Shown here: in pieces, positions 21,809 through 31,274 of the stretch
How the letters are laid out: each line of letters opens with the position of its first letter
Position numbering within the stretch: position 1 is the stretch's first letter
NCBI GenBank assembly: GCA_030432715.1
Contig: JAUIML010000001.1
Location: forward strand, 4,962 to 68,961
Source of the DNA: Acidimicrobiia bacterium
GTDB taxonomy: Bacteria > Actinomycetota > Acidimicrobiia > Acidimicrobiales > Aldehydirespiratoraceae
Direction of reading: 5' to 3'
Length of the DNA stretch: 64,000 bases
The notes under the pieces: model-generated
The model's input: the letters and a program-made list of their open reading frames with translations, nothing else
Database searches by the model: none
Told to the model about the DNA's origin: nothing
Position numbers and translations under genes: made by a program

Positions 21809-24705
21809 CTCAGCGAGCCGGAGGCCGGCTCCCCGAGGCCGCTGCGATCGATCGCCCTGCGATCGGTGCCCAGATAGCTGGCGATCACGGCCGGGTCGGT
21901 ACGGACCGAGTCGGGTGATCCCTCCGCGATGATGCGCCCGTCCTCGAGGCAGTAGACCCGGTCCGACAACGACATGATCAGGCCCATGTCGTGTTCGATG
22001 ACGACCATCGTCGCGTCGAGCTCCTGCTGAATGGAGGTGATCAGGGGGGCGAAGGCCTCGGTCTCCCGCTGGGCCAACCCGGCCGTGGGCTCGTCGAGAC
22101 ACAGCACGCGAGCATCGAGCGCGAGGAGCCCGGCGAGCTCGACGATGCGCCGCGTGCCCGTCGACAACTCGTTGATGAACGTGTCGGCGTAGCGTCCGAG
22201 TCCCAGGAAGTCGATGAGTTCCCCGGCCTGGCGGCGCTTCCGGCGGTCGCGGCGCAACGCGACCGGGAGGTACAGCGACGTGGAGAGCAGCCCGGTGCGT
22301 TCCCGGGCCTCGAGCGCGACGAGCACCGTCTCGCGAACCGTCAGCTCCGGGAACAGGTCGGCGGACTGGAACGTGCGCCCGAGCCCGGCCTGCGTGCGCC
22401 GATGAGCGGGAAGACCGGTCACGTCGACACCGTTGATCACCACCTCGCCGGCGGCCGGCACATAGCCGCCGATCGCGTTCATGAGCGTGGACTTGCCGGC
22501 ACCGTTCGTGCCGATCAGGCCGACGACCTCGCCGTGCGCGACCTCGAAGTCGACACTGTCGACCGCGATGATGCCGCCGAAGCGAACATCGATGTCGGTC
22601 GCCCGGAGCGCCACGTCACCGTGGATCTCCGCTTTCGAGCGGGCGAGCACGGCCGCCGGTGCCGCCGGTGCCGACACGCGCTCAGGCGGTGGACGACGAC
22701 GAGCGACCCAGTCCACCAGCGCGTCCCGGACGACATACCCCACATGCACCAGCCCGGCCGGGAAGTAGAGGATCAACACGAGCAGACCGATGCTCGACGT
22801 GAAGAGCGGCACGAGCTCGTTCTCCGGCCAGAACGAGGGCAGCCCGATGATCCACACGGCGCCGATCAGCGGGCCGAGCAGCGTGCCGAGGCCGCCGATC
22901 ACCACCATCGCCACCACGTTGAGCGAGTCGTCGAGCGTGAAGAACTGGTTTGCCAAGGGCACGTTCTCGACCAGGCCACCGAGCAGCGCACCACCGAACC
23001 CCGCGATGCCCCCGGCCAGCGCGAACGCCATCAGCTTCATGCGGACCGGAGAGACGGAATAGGCGCTCGCGTTGTCCTCGTTGTCACGCACGGCGATGAT
23101 CGCTCGCCCGATTCCCGACCGCCGCAGGCGGGCCACGACGATCAGGAGGAGCACCAGCCCGATGAGGCAGAAGTAGTAGTAATCGCGCTCGGTCTCGAGC
23201 TCCCACCAGGCCAGACTCCCGCGGTCGAACTCGACCGATGAACCCTGGCCGTCGTCGAGCACATCACGACGGAACAGGTACACCTGAGCCGCGAGCGCGA
23301 AGGTGAAGGTGCTCACCGCGAGCAGCAGACCCCGCACGCGCAGGGACCCGAGACCCACGACGGCCGCGATCAGGCTCGTCGTGACCGCAGCCACCACGAT
23401 CGACACGACGAAGGGCAGGTCGGGGAGCGTGAGGGCGAACAGCTGGAACTCGTCGCCCCAACCGACTCCGAAGTGGAGGCCACGGTTGAACCCCGCGGCC
23501 AGCAGGGCACCGAACCCGGCGAACGCCATCTGGGCCAGCGACACCTGACCCGACCAACCGGTGATCACCGTCACCGACAACGCACACACCGCGAACGCGA
23601 CGATGCGGGCGTAGATGCGGTGGCGAGACGGCAGGTCGACGAGGGCGGGCACCACGACACCGATGAGGAGCAGGGCGATCGGCCCGAGATGGGTGAAGTG
23701 CCGTACCCACCAGATCGACCGGAGGTACTGCGGCACCGGCCGACGCTTCGAGACGAACGCGAACGATGCCTTCCCCTCCCCCTCGCCGCGGCTGCGCAGC
23801 ACGATCGCCGCGACCACCAGGACGAACAGCACGAAGTCGAACAGACCCGGGTCACTGAGGTGGATCCTCACGATGTGTGCCTGCAGGAGACCCAGCGCGA
23901 CGCCGGCCGCCACCGTCCATCGGAACGAGACCATGCCGCCGATGACGGCGGCGGCAAGCGCCCTCGTCATGGTCACGGGCCCGAGGTTCTGGATGCCGGT
24001 CGCCTCACCGCGTCGCCCGGCGAGCATGATCATCGCCGCCGCCGCCAGGAAGCCCGCGACGGTCCACACGAACAGCGACACCGTCCGGGGGTTGATGCCC
24101 TGGAGGCGGGCGAGGTCGGGGTTGGTCGCCGATGCCTGCACGGTCTGGCCGAAGACGGTGCGGTTGAGGAAGACCGAGAGCCCGATCGCCAGTACCGGCA
24201 CCATGACGAGAATCGTGAGATCGGGGCCCTCGACCTCGATGCCCCAGAACGGCTCCCACTCCGATCCGAGCGGAATCGGGTATCCCTCGCCGCTTTCGGG
24301 CTTCGCGTCGGGGAGGGCGAAGAGAATCGCCTGCATCAGCTGCGCGATGCCGATCGTGGCGACCAGCACGATCACCCGGGGCGCGTCGAACAGCCGGCGC
24401 ACGACGGCGAGCTCCAGCACCCCACCCCCGATGGTGCCGACGGCGAGGGCGACCGGGAGCGCGACCCAGTAGGGGAAGTCGTAGTTGACGACCATGATCG
24501 CCATCAGCCCCATCGCCGGGAGACCCATGTTGCCGACCGCGAGGTTGATCACCCGGGTGGACCGGTAGATGAGCACGACGCCCATGCCGATCAGCCCGTA
24601 GACGAGCCCGATGGTCAGGCCGTTGAACACCAGTTGCCAGGAGCTCCGGTCGACCCACCACGCCCAGACCCAGTCCCAGACCGGGATGTCGGCGACGACC
24701 GCCAT
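21805..24705 (-). CDS. Fused branched-chain-amino-acid-type ABC permease-permease-ATPase (LivH-LivM-LivG-like)
   Basis: 966 aa. N-terminal LivH-like FNGLTIGLVYGLIGMGVVLIY, then a second polytopic module. The C-terminal ATPase has GLIGTNGAGKST, LSTGTRRIVELA and VLCLDEPTAGL. Confidence 0.88.
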   Translation of the reverse strand: MAVVADIPVWDWVWAWWVDRSSWQLVFNGLTIGLVYGLIGMGVVLIYRSTRVINLAVGNMGLPAMGLMAIMVVNYDFPYWVALPVALAVGTIGGGVLELAVVRRLFDAPRVIVLVATIGIAQLMQAILFALPDAKPESGEGYPIPLGSEWEPFWGIEVEGPDLTILVMVPVLAIGLSVFLNRTVFGQTVQASATNPDLARLQGINPRTVSLFVWTVAGFLAAAAMIMLAGRRGEATGIQNLGPVTMTRALAAAVIGGMVSFRWTVAAGVALGLLQAHIVRIHLSDPGLFDFVLFVLVVAAIVLRSRGEGEGKASFAFVSKRRPVPQYLRSIWWVRHFTHLGPIALLLIGVVVPALVDLPSRHRIYARIVAFAVCALSVTVITGWSGQVSLAQMAFAGFGALLAAGFNRGLHFGVGWGDEFQLFALTLPDLPFVVSIVVAAVTTSLIAAVVGLGSLRVRGLLLAVSTFTFALAAQVYLFRRDVLDDGQGSSVEFDRGSLAWWELETERDYYYFCLIGLVLLLIVVARLRRSGIGRAIIAVRDNEDNASAYSVSPVRMKLMAFALAGGIAGFGGALLGGLVENVPLANQFFTLDDSLNVVAMVVIGGLGTLLGPLIGAVWIIGLPSFWPENELVPLFTSSIGLLVLILYFPAGLVHVGYVVRDALVDWVARRRPPPERVSAPAAPAAVLARSKAEIHGDVALRATDIDVRFGGIIAVDSVDFEVAHGEVVGLIGTNGAGKSTLMNAIGGYVPAAGEVVINGVDVTGLPAHRRTQAGLGRTFQSADLFPELTVRETVLVALEARERTGLLSTSLYLPVALRRDRRKRRQAGELIDFLGLGRYADTFINELSTGTRRIVELAGLLALDARVLCLDEPTAGLAQRETEAFAPLITSIQQELDATMVVIEHDMGLIMSLSDRVYCLEDGRIIAEGSPDSVRTDPAVIASYLGTDRRAIDRSGLGEPASGSLS

Positions 24706-26930
24706 CAGCCGCCCTCCTCACCGAGGAAGACGGCACGGGCGATGTCGTCACGTTCGAGCAGCTCGGCGGCCGACCCCTCGAAGCGGACCTGGCCCTTCTC
24801 GAGGAAGATGGCCCGATCGCTGATCTGCAGGGCGATGTTGATCGACTGTTCGACGATCACCATCGTCTGCCCGGCGTCGCGCAGCCGATCGATCAGCTCC
24901 AGCAGCTCCTGCACGACCGACGGTGCGAGGCCGAGCGAGAGCTCGTCGATCAGCAGGACATCGGGCTCGTTCAGCATCGTGATGCCGAGTGCCAGCATCT
25001 GCTGCTGACCGCCCGAGAGGTTGCGGGCAAGATCCTTCTCTCGGCCGACGAGCCCGGGAAAGAGCGCTTTCACCCCGGCGATCCGACGGTGGACGTCGTC
25101 GCGGTCCCGGCGGTACTTGTACGCCCCCATAATCAGGTTCTGCTGCACCGTCATGTCGGAGAACACGCCCCGGCCGCCCGGCAGCTGCTGGATCCCGAGC
25201 CCGCTCCGTACCTGTGGCGAGCTGAAGGTGATCGTTCGTCCGTGGTGTCGGACCACCCCGCGCGACGGCGTCCCGAGCCCGCTCACCACCCGCAACACCG
25301 TCGACTTGCCGGCGCCGTTGGTGCCGAGCAGCGCCAGCGACTCGCCCTTGCGCACCTCGAACTCGATGTCGAAGAGCACCTGGACCTTGCCGTAGCTGAA
25401 GTCGAGATTGTTGACCTGCAGCGCAGGGATGTTGTCGGGGTCGAGCGATCGCCGTTCGGACTCGTCGAGCTCTTCGCGCAGCTCCTGCACGACCTGGGAG
25501 AGATCGAGCTTCACGAACGACGCGGCCCGCACCATCAGTGCGCCGCCCACGAGCGTCGTCGGAACGCTCAGCAGCAGGACGGTCGTGCGCGGCCCCCACG
25601 CATCGGCGAAGAACAACGCCAACAGCCCCCCGCCGACCGCACCGGTGAAGAAGATGTAGAGCGTGCCGAGCGCCGAACCCAGACCGCGGAGGCGATACGG
25701 GACGATCGACTGGAGCATCGGCTGCACCATCGCGAAGGCGGCGAACAGCATGACCTCGCGCGGGATCGAGAGGATGACGAACGACGCCACGTTCGGCATG
25801 AAGTACTGGACCGGCATGAGGAAGGCCGAGAAGAAGATCAAGGCGCCGACGAGCCGCAGGACCAGGCTCGGGTCGCGCCGGTAGAGGCGATCGAAACGGG
25901 GCCCGATGAAGACCAACGCCACCATCACGAAGACCCCGCCGGCCGCCAGCGCGATCCCGCGGTCGAGGGCTTCGAGGTTGAACTCGTCCTCGAGGAACAG
26001 GTTCTCCAGGAATGGCGCAGTGAAGATCCCGAAGCCCATCGCGCTGAAGCCGACGATCACGCCCCGGAGGGTGCGGATCTGCCAGAGACGGGCGAACGCC
26101 GCCTCCATGCTCGGCGGCAGCGGATCGTCCTCGGCGATCGCGTCGCCCAGCACATCCTCCTTCTCCCACCGGCCCCGTGTCGGCTCCTCCAGCCGGAACG
26201 CCGCGAAGGCGAAGAAGATCACCGGCACCCCGAGGATGTAGTACGCCCATCGCCAACCGTCGACCTCACCGGGGCCGTTCGCGATCTCGGTGATGCCGCC
26301 CACGAGGAGCGGACTGAGCACGGCGACACCACGGCCGGCGATCGCCGTGATCGCGCCGATACGGCCGCGGATGCCGATCGGATAGGCGTCGGCGATCATC
26401 GAGCCGTGCACGGGAATGGTGTTGGCCTTCGCGATGCCGACGCCGAATCGGGCCCAGAAGAAGGCGAACGCGTTGGGCACGATGCCGCTCAGGAACACGC
26501 AGATGCTGAACGCGATGCTCGACCAGCCGATCACCGGACCGCGCCGATAGCGGTCGGCCAACCAGCCCATCGGCACTGCGCCGAGCACCACGAACGCGGC
26601 GGAGATCGCGCCGATGAAGGTGATCACGCCGTCGCCCACACCGAAGGTGTCGCGGATGTCGGGGGCGAGCAGGGCGAAGGCCGACGTCTGGAGCTCGTCG
26701 AGCGAGTTGAGGATGAGCAGCACGACGAATGTCGTCGCTCCTCCACCCATGAGCAGTCCCTTGCGGAGGCTCAGTTCCTCGCTGCCGACGCCCGGGAGCA
26801 GGTCATCGGCGAAGAGCAGCTCCTCGTCGGCCTGCGCGTCTCGGCGGGCCGCTTCCTCCTCGAGCACGAGACCCGCGAGCGCGGCGGCCTGCCGCGGCCT
26901 CTCGTCGTTCGTTTCGTCCCCCTCGGCCAT
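24705..26930 (-). CDS. MFS-transporter domain fused to a LivF-like ABC ATPase
   Basis: 741 aa. The N-terminal ~480 aa form a 12-TM MFS-like region (GWLADRYRRGPV loop). The C-terminus has LLGTNGAGKST, LSGGQQQMLALG and VLLIDELSLGLAP. Its stop shares 1 nt with the downstream start (TGATG). Confidence 0.85.
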   Translation of the reverse strand: MAEGDETNDERPRQAAALAGLVLEEEAARRDAQADEELLFADDLLPGVGSEELSLRKGLLMGGGATTFVVLLILNSLDELQTSAFALLAPDIRDTFGVGDGVITFIGAISAAFVVLGAVPMGWLADRYRRGPVIGWSSIAFSICVFLSGIVPNAFAFFWARFGVGIAKANTIPVHGSMIADAYPIGIRGRIGAITAIAGRGVAVLSPLLVGGITEIANGPGEVDGWRWAYYILGVPVIFFAFAAFRLEEPTRGRWEKEDVLGDAIAEDDPLPPSMEAAFARLWQIRTLRGVIVGFSAMGFGIFTAPFLENLFLEDEFNLEALDRGIALAAGGVFVMVALVFIGPRFDRLYRRDPSLVLRLVGALIFFSAFLMPVQYFMPNVASFVILSIPREVMLFAAFAMVQPMLQSIVPYRLRGLGSALGTLYIFFTGAVGGGLLALFFADAWGPRTTVLLLSVPTTLVGGALMVRAASFVKLDLSQVVQELREELDESERRSLDPDNIPALQVNNLDFSYGKVQVLFDIEFEVRKGESLALLGTNGAGKSTVLRVVSGLGTPSRGVVRHHGRTITFSSPQVRSGLGIQQLPGGRGVFSDMTVQQNLIMGAYKYRRDRDDVHRRIAGVKALFPGLVGREKDLARNLSGGQQQMLALGITMLNEPDVLLIDELSLGLAPSVVQELLELIDRLRDAGQTMVIVEQSINIALQISDRAIFLEKGQVRFEGSAAELLERDDIARAVFLGEEGG

Positions 26931-26954
26931 CGTCCCCCCGGATCGGCCTTCGTG

Positions 26955-28091
26955 TCACCGCTGCGTTCTCTGCGCTTCACTCCATGTGAGTCCCTGCTCC
27001 ACGTCGATGTCGTGAGGCAGCCCGAGCAGCCGCTCGGCGATGACATTTCGTAGCACCTCGCTGGTTCCGCCGCCCACCGTCAACGCCGGAGAGAAGAGGA
27101 ACCCGTCGTTCCATTGCGCCCACGTCCCGTCCTCCGGACCCCGGGCGAGCATTCCCGCGGCCCCTTCGAGATCGACCGCGAGCTCATAGACGAGCTTCCC
27201 GTGCGGGTCGGCCAGCGCCTTGCGCAGCGACGCATCGGGCCCCGGCTGCTTGTTGAGCTTCGCCGCCACGAGGGCCAGCCGCTCCTTGAGCGCACCCGAC
27301 TCGATACCGCCCCGCCGGCGTACCGCGTCGACGAGGTCGCGCACCGTCGGCCCGTGCCCCCACCGCAACCCACCCTGGCTGAGCGACACCCGCTCATTCG
27401 CCAGCGTCTGCTTGGCCATGGCCCACCCGTTGTGTTCCTCACCGATGAGGTTCTCGGCCGGGACTCGCACGTCGTCGAAGAAAACTTCGTTGAAGAGCCC
27501 ACCGCCACTCATGTTGACGATCGGCCGCACCTCGATGCCGGGGGTCGCCATGTCGACGATGAAGTAGCTGATGCCGGTGTGCTTCGACACGTCGGGGTCG
27601 GTGCGGGCGATGAGGATGCCGAACCTGGCGACATCGGCCAGCGACGTCCAGATCTTCTGCCCGGTGATCACGTACTCGTCGCCGTCGCGGACCGCGCGCG
27701 TCGAGAGGTTCGCCAGATCGGAGCCGGCCCCCGGCTCGCTGAACAGCTGGCACCACATCTCCTCGCCGGTGAGCATCGGCGGAAGGTAACGCTGCTTCTG
27801 CTCGTCCGATCCGTGCAAAATGATGACCGGACCGCAGTGACCGGTGCCGATCGGGTTCACGGGCTTCTTGACGCCGGCCCGCTTCATCTCCTCCTCGATG
27901 ACGAGCTGGAGGACCGGCTCGGCATCGAGGCCCCACGGCTCGGGCCAGTGCGGGACCACGAGGCCGCGGTCGCGGAGCTGCACCGGCGTGGGCGCCGGAT
28001 GCGCGGCGAACCACTCGCGTAGCTCCTGCCGCCGGGGGTCGTCATCGCCCGGCAGATCGAGCATGAGGGTCGATGCGGGACTGGCGGCCAT
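26955..28091 (-). CDS. Acyl-CoA dehydrogenase family protein
   Basis: WCQLFSEPGAGSDLANLSTRAVRDGDEYVITGQKIWTS and C-terminal GGGTSEVLRNVIAERLLGLP. It is a paralog of 18428-19657. Confidence 0.9.
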   Translation of the reverse strand: MAASPASTLMLDLPGDDDPRRQELREWFAAHPAPTPVQLRDRGLVVPHWPEPWGLDAEPVLQLVIEEEMKRAGVKKPVNPIGTGHCGPVIILHGSDEQKQRYLPPMLTGEEMWCQLFSEPGAGSDLANLSTRAVRDGDEYVITGQKIWTSLADVARFGILIARTDPDVSKHTGISYFIVDMATPGIEVRPIVNMSGGGLFNEVFFDDVRVPAENLIGEEHNGWAMAKQTLANERVSLSQGGLRWGHGPTVRDLVDAVRRRGGIESGALKERLALVAAKLNKQPGPDASLRKALADPHGKLVYELAVDLEGAAGMLARGPEDGTWAQWNDGFLFSPALTVGGGTSEVLRNVIAERLLGLPHDIDVEQGLTWSEAQRTQR

Positions 28092-28117
28092 GCCCCACCT
28101 TAGGCAAGGCTGCTCAC

Positions 28118-29350
28118 ATGGCTCTCACCGATGCTTCGACCGAGCACTACACCGTCATCTCCGCCGACACGCACGCAGGCGGAAGTCACGCGGCATACCG
28201 CGAGTATCTCAGCGAGGAGTTCCGCGAAGAGTTCGACGCGTGGCGCGGCGAATACAAGAACCCCTACAAGGACCTGGGCGACAACCGCCGGCTGCGCAAC
28301 TGGGACAACGACATGCGCAACCACGCCCAACTCGACGAGGAGGGCGTGGTCGGCGAGGTCGTGTTCCCCAACACAGTGCCGCCCTTCTTCCCCAGCTTCG
28401 TGCTGTTCGCCCAGCCGCCCACCGCCGAGCAGTACCGCCAACGCCGTGCCGGCATCCAGGCCCACAATCGCTGGCTCAAGGACTTCTGCGACGAGTACCC
28501 CGAGCGTCGCGCCGGCGTCGGCCAGATCTTCCTCAACGACGTCGACGACGCGATCGAGGACCTCACCTGGATCAAGGAGAACGGCCTGCGGGGCGGCATC
28601 CTCCTGCCCAACATCGCCCCCGACGTGAAGTGGGTGAAGCCGCTCTACGACCCCTACTACGAGCCGCTCTGGGACGCGATCGAGGACCTCGACGTGCCCG
28701 TCAACTGCCACTCCGGCACCGGCAATCCCGACTACGGCAAGTACCCGATCTCGATGCTGCTCTACATCAACGAGGTCGGCTTCTACACGCAGCGTCCGCT
28801 GGTCCACATGATCCTCGGGGCCGTGTTCGAGCGTCACCCGAAGCTGAAGTTCGTGCTGACCGAGATCGGGGCCTCGTGGATCCCGCCGCTGCTCGAGCAG
28901 CTCGACGGCACGATCTCGCGCATCCGCGACACGGGCGAGACCGGTGAGATCAAGTACGACCGCGGTGTCCTCCCCTCGATGCTCGCGACCGAGCAGTGGG
29001 CCCAGTGCGGCTACGTGGGCGTCTCGGGTCCGAGCGCGGCCGACATCGACGCCCGCTACGACGTGGGGATCGACCGGTTCATGTGGGGCAGCGACTACCC
29101 GCACGACGAGGGCACCCATCCGCACACGAAGGAACACCTGCGCCGCCGTTTCGCCGGCCTCGACCACGACGAGTGCGTGAAGATGCTGTCGGGCAACGCG
29201 GCGAAGCTCTACGACTTCGACCTCGACAAGCTGGCTCCCCTCGCCCAGCAGTACGGGCTCACCCGCGAGGAACTCCACACACCGGTCGACGGCCCCGACG
29301 AGGCCGACTACATCGGCATCGGCGAAGACATGGACACCGACGCGCTCTAG
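28118..29350 (+). CDS. Amidohydrolase-2 family metal-dependent hydrolase
   Basis: VISADTHAGG near the N-terminus and WGSDYPHDEG near the C-terminus; about 410 aa. Confidence 0.85.
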   Translation: MALTDASTEHYTVISADTHAGGSHAAYREYLSEEFREEFDAWRGEYKNPYKDLGDNRRLRNWDNDMRNHAQLDEEGVVGEVVFPNTVPPFFPSFVLFAQPPTAEQYRQRRAGIQAHNRWLKDFCDEYPERRAGVGQIFLNDVDDAIEDLTWIKENGLRGGILLPNIAPDVKWVKPLYDPYYEPLWDAIEDLDVPVNCHSGTGNPDYGKYPISMLLYINEVGFYTQRPLVHMILGAVFERHPKLKFVLTEIGASWIPPLLEQLDGTISRIRDTGETGEIKYDRGVLPSMLATEQWAQCGYVGVSGPSAADIDARYDVGIDRFMWGSDYPHDEGTHPHTKEHLRRRFAGLDHDECVKMLSGNAAKLYDFDLDKLAPLAQQYGLTREELHTPVDGPDEADYIGIGEDMDTDAL

Positions 29351-29362
29351 TTGTCGCGGGCT

Positions 29363-29400
29363 CGCGTCGTGACGAGTGTCTGACACCGGTGTGACGGGTC
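29363..29400. repeat. Right copy of the 38-bp inverted-repeat pair
   Basis: cgcgtcgtgacgagtgtctgacaccggtgtgacgggtc. It contains alternating half-sites GTGTC-T-GACAC-CG-GTGTG and lies in the 55-bp gap between convergent stops. Confidence 0.85.
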
Positions 29401-29405
29401 GTGCG

Positions 29406-31274
29406 CTAACCCAGGCCGCCGGTTTCCCACATGCGGGCGAAGTGGCCGCCGGCGGCGAGGAGTTCGTCGCGGGTGCCGACCTCGGCGACACCGCCGTCGG
29501 CGACGACCACGATCCGGTCGGCCCGCATGGTGGTCTGGAGCCGATGGGCGATGATCACGGCGGTGCGGCCCTCGAGGACGACGTCGAGGGCCTGCTCGAC
29601 CGCCTGTTCGGTGCGCAGGTCGAGTGACGAGGTCGCCTCGTCGAGCACGAGCAGCCGCGGCTGCGAGAGGAAGGCGCGGGCCAGGGCCAGCAACTGGCGT
29701 TCGCCGGCGGAGAGGGCCACGCCGCGTTCGTGGCAGGGCGTGTCGAGGCGATCGGGCAGGCGATCGAGGAGGCGGCCGAGCCCGACCTGCTCGCAGGCCG
29801 CCTCGAGCTCGTGGTGTTCGAGGTCGCGACCGCCGATCAGCAGGTTGTCGCGGATCGAGCCGGCGAAGAGGAAGGGCTCCTGGGGCACCACGCCGATCTG
29901 GGTGCGCAGCGATGCGAAGGTGACGTCGCGCACGTCGTGACCGTCGATCGTGACACGCCCGATCTGCGGGTCGTAGAAGCGGTTGAGGAGTTTGGCGATC
30001 GTCGACTTGCCCGCACCCGTCGGACCGACCACCGCGATCGTCTCCCCCGGGTGGATATCGAGATCGACGTCGGAGATCACCGGTTCGCCGTCGTCGTAGC
30101 CGAAGGTGACCCCCTCCAGCGTGATCTCGCCGACGACCGGCGGCAGCTCGTAGGCGTCGGGCTTCTCCGGAACCGTCGGCTCGCTGGCCAACACGCCGTC
30201 GATCTTCACGACCGAGGCGAGACCCTGTTGGTAGATGTTGTAGAGGGCGACGAGCTCGGTGATCGGTGCGAAGAACGCACCGACGTAGAGCACGAACGCG
30301 ATCAGCTCGCCGAGCGTGACCCGGCCATCGAGCACGAACTGTCCGCCGACGATCAGCAGGACCATCTGGGCGAACGGCCCCATCGCCTCCGAACCCGGCC
30401 CGTAGACGCCGTTGATGTAGGCCGTGCGATCGTTGGCGTCGAGGTACTCGCCGGCCTCGTTCTGGTGTTCGACCACGGCTCGTTCGCGGCGGTTGTGCGC
30501 AGTGATCAGCCGGATCCCGGCGAGGCTCTCCTGGAGATGGGCGAGCACGTCGGCGATCGTGTCGCGCACGCGGAGCTGGGCCGTCGCCGCCACATTGCGA
30601 TACCACAGGGACAGCGCCAACGTGCCCGGGATCACGGCCAGCAGCGTGACCAGCGCGAGCAACGGGCTGAGCAGGAACAGCGCGACCGTGACCGCGACCA
30701 GCGTCACCCCCTGCACCGCCAGCTGCACGAGCCCCTGTTGGAACAGCTGCTGCAGCGGCTCGAGATCGCTCGTCATCCGGCTCAGCAGACGGCCGGCCCG
30801 CTCGTTGGTGTAGTAGTCGATGCTCAACCGTTGGAAGTGGGAGAAGAGCTGGACCCGCAGGTTGGCCATGATGCGGGCGCCGACCCGGCCCGCGGCCATC
30901 GTGCGCACGACCCCGACCAGGATCGACACGGGCACGAACACCGCGAAGACGACGCCGATGGTGACCACGAGTCCGCGGTCGCCCTTGCGGATGCCCTCGT
31001 CGATCGAGATCTGCAGGAGCAGCGGCCCGGCCTGCGACATCACCGCCTCGACGGCGACGAGCAGGAACACCCCGAACAGCGCCAGGGAGTACGGCCGCAG
31101 GAAGCGCGACATCGTGAACCGGGTGTGCTCGTAGTCGCTCTGGCTGAACTCGGGCGGGTCGACGGCGACCGCAGGCGGGCCCTCCTCCATCCAGCGTTCG
31201 ACCGTCTCCTTGACTTCGGGCGGCACGCCACTGAAGCCCGTGTCGGCCACGCCTCCCCAACCGGCCGTCGCCAT
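29406..31274 (-). CDS. ABC exporter, fused permease/ATPase (MdlB-like)
   Basis: Six-TM N-terminal domain, VVGPTGAGKSTI, LSAGERQLLALARA, LLVLDEATSSLD. Confidence 0.92.
   Translation of the reverse strand: MATAGWGGVADTGFSGVPPEVKETVERWMEEGPPAVAVDPPEFSQSDYEHTRFTMSRFLRPYSLALFGVFLLVAVEAVMSQAGPLLLQISIDEGIRKGDRGLVVTIGVVFAVFVPVSILVGVVRTMAAGRVGARIMANLRVQLFSHFQRLSIDYYTNERAGRLLSRMTSDLEPLQQLFQQGLVQLAVQGVTLVAVTVALFLLSPLLALVTLLAVIPGTLALSLWYRNVAATAQLRVRDTIADVLAHLQESLAGIRLITAHNRRERAVVEHQNEAGEYLDANDRTAYINGVYGPGSEAMGPFAQMVLLIVGGQFVLDGRVTLGELIAFVLYVGAFFAPITELVALYNIYQQGLASVVKIDGVLASEPTVPEKPDAYELPPVVGEITLEGVTFGYDDGEPVISDVDLDIHPGETIAVVGPTGAGKSTIAKLLNRFYDPQIGRVTIDGHDVRDVTFASLRTQIGVVPQEPFLFAGSIRDNLLIGGRDLEHHELEAACEQVGLGRLLDRLPDRLDTPCHERGVALSAGERQLLALARAFLSQPRLLVLDEATSSLDLRTEQAVEQALDVVLEGRTAVIIAHRLQTTMRADRIVVVADGGVAEVGTRDELLAAGGHFARMWETGGLG

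Noticed and set aside
19656-29400. Interpreting the inverted-repeat-bracketed 9.7-kb block as a classical transposon.
   Set aside because: There is no transposase, integrase or recombinase inside. There is no target-site duplication: the flanks are ...ccaagaact on the left versus gtgcgctaa... on the right. I kept it only as an open repeat observation.
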